Origin: Octopus vulgaris
Taxonomy: Eukaryota
Reading direction: 5' to 3'
DNA: 64,000 nucleotides
NCBI GenBank assembly: GCA_951406725.2
Contig: OX597815.1
Coordinates: 108,934,001-108,998,000 of the forward strand
Shown one piece after another: positions 57,108 through 64,000 of the stretch (the stretch's first letter is position 1; every line of letters begins with the position of its first letter). A program made the position numbers and the translations under genes. The notes under the pieces were generated by a model that saw only the letters and a program-made list of their open reading frames with translations, ran no database searches and was not told the DNA's origin.

Positions 57108-57482
57108 TCTCTCTATATATAAACGGCAGTTTGTCTGTGTGTGTTTCTGTGTGTCTGTTAGGTTGTACCCTCACCCTGACCACGGCTTTCAACCGATTCT
57201 GATGAAACTTGACACACACATAGCCCAATGTCATAATTCAAAACTAACGCAGAGAAAATTTTGAAAAGTTCCCCAGTTCTGAGAAAAAATCGATAAATTC
57301 GACATGGGGTCGAGAATCAGAAACACAAACCACAGACTGTCTAGGGGACGCAACTCGACCGTTTTAACTCTCAAAAAAAAATTTACCATAATTTTTTTTC
57401 CATTTTTTTTGGCTATAACTCTCTAAAAATGCTTTATAGTTATTTCCCTTACAAACCCGAGCAACGCCGGGCGATACTGCTA

Positions 57483-57483
<1 letters not shown>
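57108..57483 (+). mobile_element. Non-autonomous Helitron sharing its 3' end with 26168-26565
   Basis: A|TC start and an identical 3' end cccttacaaacccgagcaacgccgggcgatactgctag|T. Confidence 0.85.
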
Positions 57484-57517
<34 letters not shown>

Positions 57518-57542
57518 TATGTATGTATGTATATGTATATAT

Positions 57543-57706
57543 ATTTATTTATATAAAGGGCATTACTATACATAAATGCCTCACGTTATGAGGGACTCTT
57601 AAAGTCAAAACTACCATAATAAACATTTACTATGGTAGTTTTGGCATTAAGAATCCCTCCAAGCGTGAGGCATTTATGTATAGTAATGCCCTTAATATAA
57701 ATAAAT
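57543..57706. repeat. ~80 bp-arm foldback palindrome
   Basis: aagggcattactatacataaatgcctcacg...caaaactaccata pairs with tatggtagttttg...cgtgaggcatttatgtatagtaatgccctt. Confidence 0.9.
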
Positions 57707-57800
57707 GTATTCAAAGGGAATAATTAATAAAGTTTTCCATATGAGGGTTTTCACGCTAACTACTTGATAATTTCTTATAAATATTTTATGCTAATTTTAA

Positions 57801-57835
<35 letters not shown>

Positions 57836-58836
57836 ATGAAGTGGAATATTCTTTATGTTACATGTCTTATTTCTCTGTTTGTTTGTTTTTTGTTCGAAAA
57901 GAAGTTCGTTTTCTATGTTTTTGTTTCTCATTGTGTTCAACGTTTTTTAATGTCCTCTACCCATATATGCACATATATATACATATATATGTAGGTATGT
58001 ATATATATGTATGTATATATGCATATATTTATATATAATTATATATTTTTTATATTATTATATGATCGAACACCACGCATCCTTTTCCAAGTAAGTTTCA
58101 TCTTAATAATTACGATGCGCACTCTTCTATCTTTACAATCTCTTCTCTGTCTATCTCTCTTCCTCTCTTGTTCTTCATCCTTTTCTGGTTCTCTCTCCCA
58201 CCCTTCCCTATTCTTCTCCTCTCCTCTTCACCGTACTCTCTCTCTTGCTCTTCCTCCTTGAGTCTCTCGTCGCTGACACGTGACAAAAGGGAATCTATCT
58301 TTCTGCCCATTTCCTTCCTAAAAACAACACGTGCTTATACTTGTCTCCTCTCGTAAGCTCGTCATCCTAGCGTTCATAATAGTTTTTCTATCGTCTTGGC
58401 TTAACAGCCCTCATCGTTTATTTTTGCTGTCTTGTTCTCACTGTTCTGTTCTTGTTAGCACTTTCACCCTCCGCAAAAAATCCCAAATTTTATTTAATTT
58501 GCTTTGCGGGAAGGACTGTTTCAACGACGTCGCGTATTGTCCTTGCCTTCAAAACGCAGAGTAGATGAAACAGGGACAACTGAAGATGGGGAATATTCTT
58601 TATGTTGTATGTCTCGTTTCTCTGTTTTTTTCGTTGTTCGAAAAAAAAGTTCGTTTTCTATGTTATTGTTTTTATGTTTTCGTTTCTCATTGTGTTCAAC
58701 GTTTTTTGATGTTCTGTACCCATTTATGCATGTATATATATACATATAGATGTAGGTACATATGCATATATTTATATATAATTATATATTATTTATATTA
58801 TTATATGATCGAACGCCATGCATCCTTTTCCAAGTA

Positions 58837-58840
<4 letters not shown>
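57836..58840 (+). mobile_element. Non-coding element bounded by ~260 bp direct repeats, inserted in (TA)n
   Basis: 57836-58098 matches 58585-58840 (gaatattctttatgtt...ctcattgtgttcaacgtttttt...tatgatcgaac.cca.gcatccttttccaagtaa). CT-rich interior and (TA)n on both sides. Confidence 0.8.
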
Positions 58841-58891
<51 letters not shown>

Positions 58892-59411
58892 TGTATGTCT
58901 GTCTGTATGTATGTATATGTATATGTGCGTGTGCGTGTGTGCATGTTGTGTGTGTAAGTGTATACATATACATAATACATATATATATACAGACATACAC
59001 ATACACGCAGGCATGTACACACACAGTGGCAATGATGGTTGAAAGCCTTTCACTATCACTTTCTGAAGATAAAATTACATTTCCTGATCCGTTGCACATC
59101 AGTCGAAAATACTATGAATGCAAAAATGGCGTAAGTAGGCTGCACATATATTATAACATTTAAATAAACAATAGCTTGTTATGATGACTGTAAATATTTA
59201 TGGTTTCATTGTTATGATCTTTTCTAGTTGATTTATTGACAGAAGTGTCCCTCTTAAATATCTCTTTGATGTCCATTACTTTAAAATACCGAAGCAAATT
59301 TTCACATCTCACATTTGTATACGTATGTATGCATGTATGTATATATGTATGTATCTATTATGGATGCATGTATGTAGGAAGGGAGGTAAGTATATATCTG
59401 TATCTCCCCCA

Positions 59412-59499
<88 letters not shown>

Positions 59500-59645
59500 T
59501 GTATGCATGCTTATGTATATGTATAGATATAGCTATAGATATATGTACATATACATGTATCTATACAGACACATACACACACATATATATATATACATGT
59601 ATTATATATAGATATATACATGTATATATATATATATGTATGTAT

Positions 59646-59700
<55 letters not shown>

Positions 59701-59798
59701 GTGTAATTATGCCAGAAAAGAAACAATCTGGTAGGTTGGAAGAGAGAGGAAGAAAAAATAAGCAAAGACAGGCAGAGTAAGTTATGAATGCGTGTGCT

Positions 59799-59884
59799 TA
59801 TATATGATTTGAAGCTTTCCGGAAATTATTCAGTCATTACTGGTATCTGCGCTTCCAAGTACGACTCAAATCACTGAGGTAAGT
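59799..59884 (+). promoter_or_regulatory. Candidate TATA + Inr core promoter and non-coding first exon (~59832-59878)
   Basis: TATATAT at 59799-59805, Inr-like TCAGTC at 59830-59835 about 31 bp downstream, and a consensus donor GAG|gtaagt at 59879. It lies in non-repeat sequence upstream of the signal-peptide exon. Confidence 0.5.
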
Positions 59885-60665
59885 TTAAATTTTCCTTGAT
59901 CAGTTAGACTGCAATCTCAAAATATAAAATCCTTATTTCTAAACTTTCCTTGGATTATACTTGTAATAGGAAATCAGGCACTTCGTACCTCATGTACACA
60001 CAAACACACACACATACACAATCTATATTTACAAGTGAAAGGACAAACGAAAGAGGAAGGCACTCATCGAATTTAATAAATGTTACATATATTATTTAAA
60101 ACACTTTGATTCGGGTCCATACAACTTTCGCAGCTCTCTAATAGATGCCCGTGTCTTTCAGGCTTAGATTACCGAGGGCATAGAATTTAGTCGAACAGTA
60201 TGATGTATGAAAATAGATGAGTGCAATGGTGGCAGAATAGATGAGTTGTCGGTGGTCTGTGACGGAAAGAATGACAGTATGTGTCGCCACGGTTATGAGA
60301 AACGTCAACAAAAGAATAAAGGAATGGAATAGCAGATTATAAATACTTACTTACTACAGAATAGTTTATATCTTTGCAACAGTTCAAAGTTTGTGGTAAT
60401 AGCAACATAGTCGTCAGAAGTAAGAATGTGTTGCAATGTCATTAAAACATGCTCGATGATGTTTTAGTATTAATAGTGCTGCTTGGTATTGTTCGAAAGA
60501 GAGTCACTGACAGAAATTCTCCGGATCGGATTGTGGTCTCTGATGAAGGGAGTGTTGAGCAATGCAGAACAACATGATATGATATGATATGATATATATA
60601 TATGCATTTTATATTTGTTTTGCAAGATTCTTGATGTGAAATCGTGTATTGAAACAGATGTTTTT

Positions 60666-61002
60666 GCATTTAGGTATGGTCATGTTGCCAGTTTAGCCAA
60701 TAAAATCACACGCACTATATATTTGGTTTTAATTTACTTCAGCTTTATTTATTTTTTACATTAATCTTAATCTTATTTCGGCCATAGTTCTTTCGTCACA
60801 CTTCAGTGAACTCATCAGTGGTCCTTTGCTTTCTTCTTTCCTTTTTGTGTCTTTCATTACTAACGATCAGCCATCGTTAGTAAGGAGACACACAAAAAAG
60901 ATTAATGTAAAAAAAATAAATAAGGCTGAAGCAAATTAACACCAAATATATAGTGCGTGTGTTTTTATTGGCTAAACCGGTAACATGACCAACCCTAAAT
61001 AC
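60666..61002. repeat. ~100 bp-arm inverted repeat enclosing a hammerhead-like motif
   Basis: 60666-60768 is the reverse complement of 60898-61002 (tttagccaataaaa..cacacgcactatatatttgg / ccaaatatatagtgcgtgtg..ttttattggctaaa). Confidence 0.88.
60780..60824 (-). ncRNA. Minimal type I hammerhead-like motif with a canonical core
   Basis: Minus strand: cca-CTGATGA-gttcactgaagtgtgac-GAAA-gaac-TA-tgg. Stem I is cca/tgg, stem II is imperfect and stem III is very short. Confidence 0.55.
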
Positions 61003-61063
61003 AATATATATGTATATATTTTTTTTCGCTCCTTTTCTCTCTCCTTGTTTTTTTCTGTGTATG

Positions 61064-61097
61064 TTTCTGTAGAAGAGCGTAGGCTCGAAACGTAAAA
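61064..61097 (+). ncRNA. Minimal hammerhead-like motif with a variant core
   Basis: ttt-CTGTAGAA-GAGC-gtag-GCTC-GAAA-CG-TA-aaa. Perfect stem II and a palindromic ACGT stem III, with A6 replaced. It lies in a ~170 bp element between TA tracts. Confidence 0.45.
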
Positions 61098-61187
61098 TAC
61101 TTTTTCTATTCCTGGGTGCTATACTAATACATCTGTTTGTTTGTACACCACCTGCCTTCGTCTTTTGTTTATTTTCGTAAACTTTCC

Positions 61188-61257
<70 letters not shown>

Positions 61258-62086
61258 GTGTAAAACTTTTCCTGAACATGGTAGATTGTATCTTATGTAA
61301 TCCCTGGATACATCAATGAAATTCTACCGAGTCAGCTGTCGCAAATTTTAGACACCATTTCTGTTCTCTTTATGTATATATAAGTATGCATGTATGTGTT
61401 TATATGTTTGTTTGTGTGTGTGTTAGTGTGTGTGTTGTGTGTGTGTATGTATGCATGCGAGAGCGTGCGTGTATTTTCAGAAAGAGACCTAAAATAGGCA
61501 GAGTACAAAACGAAATTCTCAAGTGATATGCGTTGTAGTGTTTTAGAATCAAGTTTACACCTTGCTCCGAAATTTTTGATATCTGAGTGAGGTTTTAGTA
61601 CATAATTTCGATAGTGATATTGTCCGTATGGAATAGTGATAGTCTGTACCAATTTGATATATACCATTTCAGTAATATTATTTCACAATAATTCTATCTG
61701 TAATAGTTCCGCTGTTGATTTTTACTTAGCATTCTTCATCTGCTGTTGTTATAGTTTGTGTCGAGTCTTAAGTGTGCAGTAAGGTAAACGGAAATGTTAA
61801 AATATCTCTCTCAACAAGACTTTGCCTATTGTTGTAAAATGACAAACGCCTGGCTTTTGGGTTCATTTAGCGGCTTCCACTGCCTTGTAAACATTTAGAC
61901 CAGACTTATCGTGGAATTACGCATGAATCATTTATGGTTTTGCCTCATTTCCTTTACCAATCTCAAGATCTTCCGGAAATCTTGGCAAAGTTCGTTGCAG
62001 TTCTTTCATCGCCATGTATGAATGCATGTATGCATGCATGTATGTATGTATGTATATATGTGTGTATACATACATGTGTGTGTATG

Positions 62087-62119
<33 letters not shown>

Positions 62120-62265
62120 ATATTATGTATGTGTATGTATATACGTGCATATATATATGTTTATACATACATTCATGTATATATATATATATATATAAAA
62201 GAATTTTTGCGTAATAAGATAAAAAACCAAGGCTGTGTAGAAAGTAGAACATTTATAGATAGAAG

Positions 62266-62316
62266 GTCTTACAGCTGTTTCCAGATATTTATTAATTATA
62301 TCCCTTCATCGGAGAC
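62266..62316 (-). ncRNA. Minimal type I hammerhead-like motif (CCGAUGA core)
   Basis: Minus strand: gtct-CCGATGAA-g-ggatat-aattaataa-atatct-g-GAAA-CAGCTG-TA-agac. Stems I and II pair, stem III is palindromic and the cleavage triplet is GUA. Confidence 0.6.
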
Positions 62317-62568
62317 GGTGTGAGAGGATGATTAAGTCATAGTTAGTTTAGATGTGATACAAAATAGAGAGTGAGGGGGAGGAAAGAAAATAGATGCAAG
62401 ATATGTATGGATATTGAAGTTGCAAATCCATTTTTTAGGCAGAATGGTATATATGTAATATTCCAATACCCTATGAGTAAAGTCCAAAAGTCCAACAGAA
62501 TTTTAAATGGGTCCTTCCAAACATAGAGTTCATACAGAATCTAAGATTCCCTTATGAGTGAGATCCAG

Positions 62569-62622
<54 letters not shown>

Positions 62623-62675
62623 AATATATCATATATCCGAAAGAGAAGCACACGCTAAAGTATAGAGCAGTAACG

Positions 62676-62858
62676 TATTAAAGTTAAAAAGTTAATGTCT
62701 GGTCATAGAGTGACCAATGGTTCTGCATCCACGAAAGCTGTAGCTTCGCGGACGCTTCATCAGACTCTAATCCGAAGAGTTGTCCGCGAAGCTACAGCTT
62801 TCGTGGATGTGGAACCATTGGTCACTCTATGACCAGATATTAACTTTATTACCTTAAT
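62676..62858. repeat. ~78 bp-arm inverted repeat overlapping a hammerhead-like motif (minus strand 62707-62768)
   Basis: 62676-62753 pairs with 62782-62858. Minus strand: AGAGT-CTGATGAA-GCGTCCGCGAAG..TTTCGTGGATGC-AGAA-CCATTGG-TC-ACTCT. Confidence 0.88.
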
Positions 62859-62914
62859 ATATATATACATACATATGTGTGTGTGTATAAAAATGTGTGT
62901 GTATGTGTGTTAGT

Positions 62915-62976
<62 letters not shown>

Positions 62977-63030
62977 GTGTGTGTACATAACATTTACTTT
63001 TGTGATAATTTTCCTTTCAGGAAAAAAAAG

Positions 63031-63091
63031 ATGAGGTGTTTGCTGCTCTTAATCAGCCTATGTGTAGCATACACACCAGCAACATCGCAAG
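63031..63091 (+). CDS. First coding exon of a secreted or membrane protein (signal peptide MRCLLLLISLCVAYTPATSQ)
   Basis: Strong acceptor ttttcctttcag| at 63020, ATG at 63031 (aaagATG), 20 codons forming a basic-hydrophobic-small-residue signal peptide, then a phase-1 donor CAAG|gtaggt at 63092. Confidence 0.7.
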
Positions 63092-64000
63092 GTAGGTAAA
63101 CACTTTAATCTCATGTAAATAGGTAAACTCCATAATCCTTTGTCACTTTCATCTGTGAACAGCCTATAACTACAGGTTCCAGTTTGATGTTGCAACACAT
63201 TAGTTCTACTTACGTGAGTAAGATTTTTCTAATCATATAAAACAATCGCACAGGTTTTAGTACAGGTTGTTGCCTATTTTACTAACCAGTTTGTTAGAAA
63301 TATTTAAGCACAAAATTGTAACGACTTCTATTCATGACTTCTCATTCTCCAACTGGTTTTCGCTCTGTTGCCGAGTATTATATATGTATAGGTGATCAAG
63401 ACCCATGTGCGTGTTATGTTGTCGTGTTTCTGCTTTGTTTACATTGCGCCCATTTATATTTTCATATTTTCATTTGCGTGATTATTGTTGTACCAAGAAA
63501 AGCAGAAATAAAATGAAAAACAAAAAAATAAAGCTGTATTCATGGAAACAAAACATTAACACGATGACACACCAAATCACACGCAACCTGAACAACACAC
63601 GACTGCTTTATATAAGACAGCAAAACAAACGTAAGAGAAATAAATATCCGTAGCTTGAAAAGTCATTGAAAAGTTCACAGCAGTGTAATAATAAAATTTG
63701 ATAAACTGATTAGTGTTCCCCGTTCATAAAGTGTAGATATTCCGCCCTTTTATGAAGGAGGTAGGTTAAACATGACCCTTACGACCTTGAGTGTGCTTTT
63801 CGTAGAATTCATGCAGCTGTAGGCTTTCGGGCCAGATCTCTGGTCTGGACTTCCATAACCTATCCACGTATCACAGCCTTCTATAATTCCTTATGATACC
63901 AAAAATAAAAACATAGATTCAAGCATCTCGGTTCCCCATCCTTTTAAACACCGACACATTAGTCACACATGAATGGCTTATCAGATCCCTTATATCATAT

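Overview
AT-rich, microsatellite-saturated eukaryotic DNA. It is almost certainly from an animal and probably an octopus, an inference from the tRNA-derived SINE families and the repeat landscape. Two host genes are supported. (1) Four phase-compatible minus-strand coding exons (15566->7891) of an SLCO/OATP organic anion transporter carrying the D-x-RW-I-GAWW-x-G signature. I found no further exons, so the rest probably lie left of the window. (2) A plus-strand gene not shown in the ORF track: a candidate TATA/Inr promoter, a non-coding exon at ~59.8 kb and a signal-peptide exon at 63031-63091. The rest is a transposon graveyard of R4/Dong-like and CR1-like LINE relics, a Gypsy gag-protease relic, mariners, a Chapaev3-like transposon, non-autonomous Helitrons, three SINE families and Penelope-like (PLE) GIY-YIG relics. 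The most unusual signal is a set of short non-coding elements embedded in (TA)n tracts, built from terminal direct or inverted repeats. Several carry minimal type I hammerhead-ribozyme-like motifs with non-canonical cores, resembling non-autonomous PLE derivatives or retrozymes. All coordinates were read by eye and repeat-family names come from recognition, not database searches.
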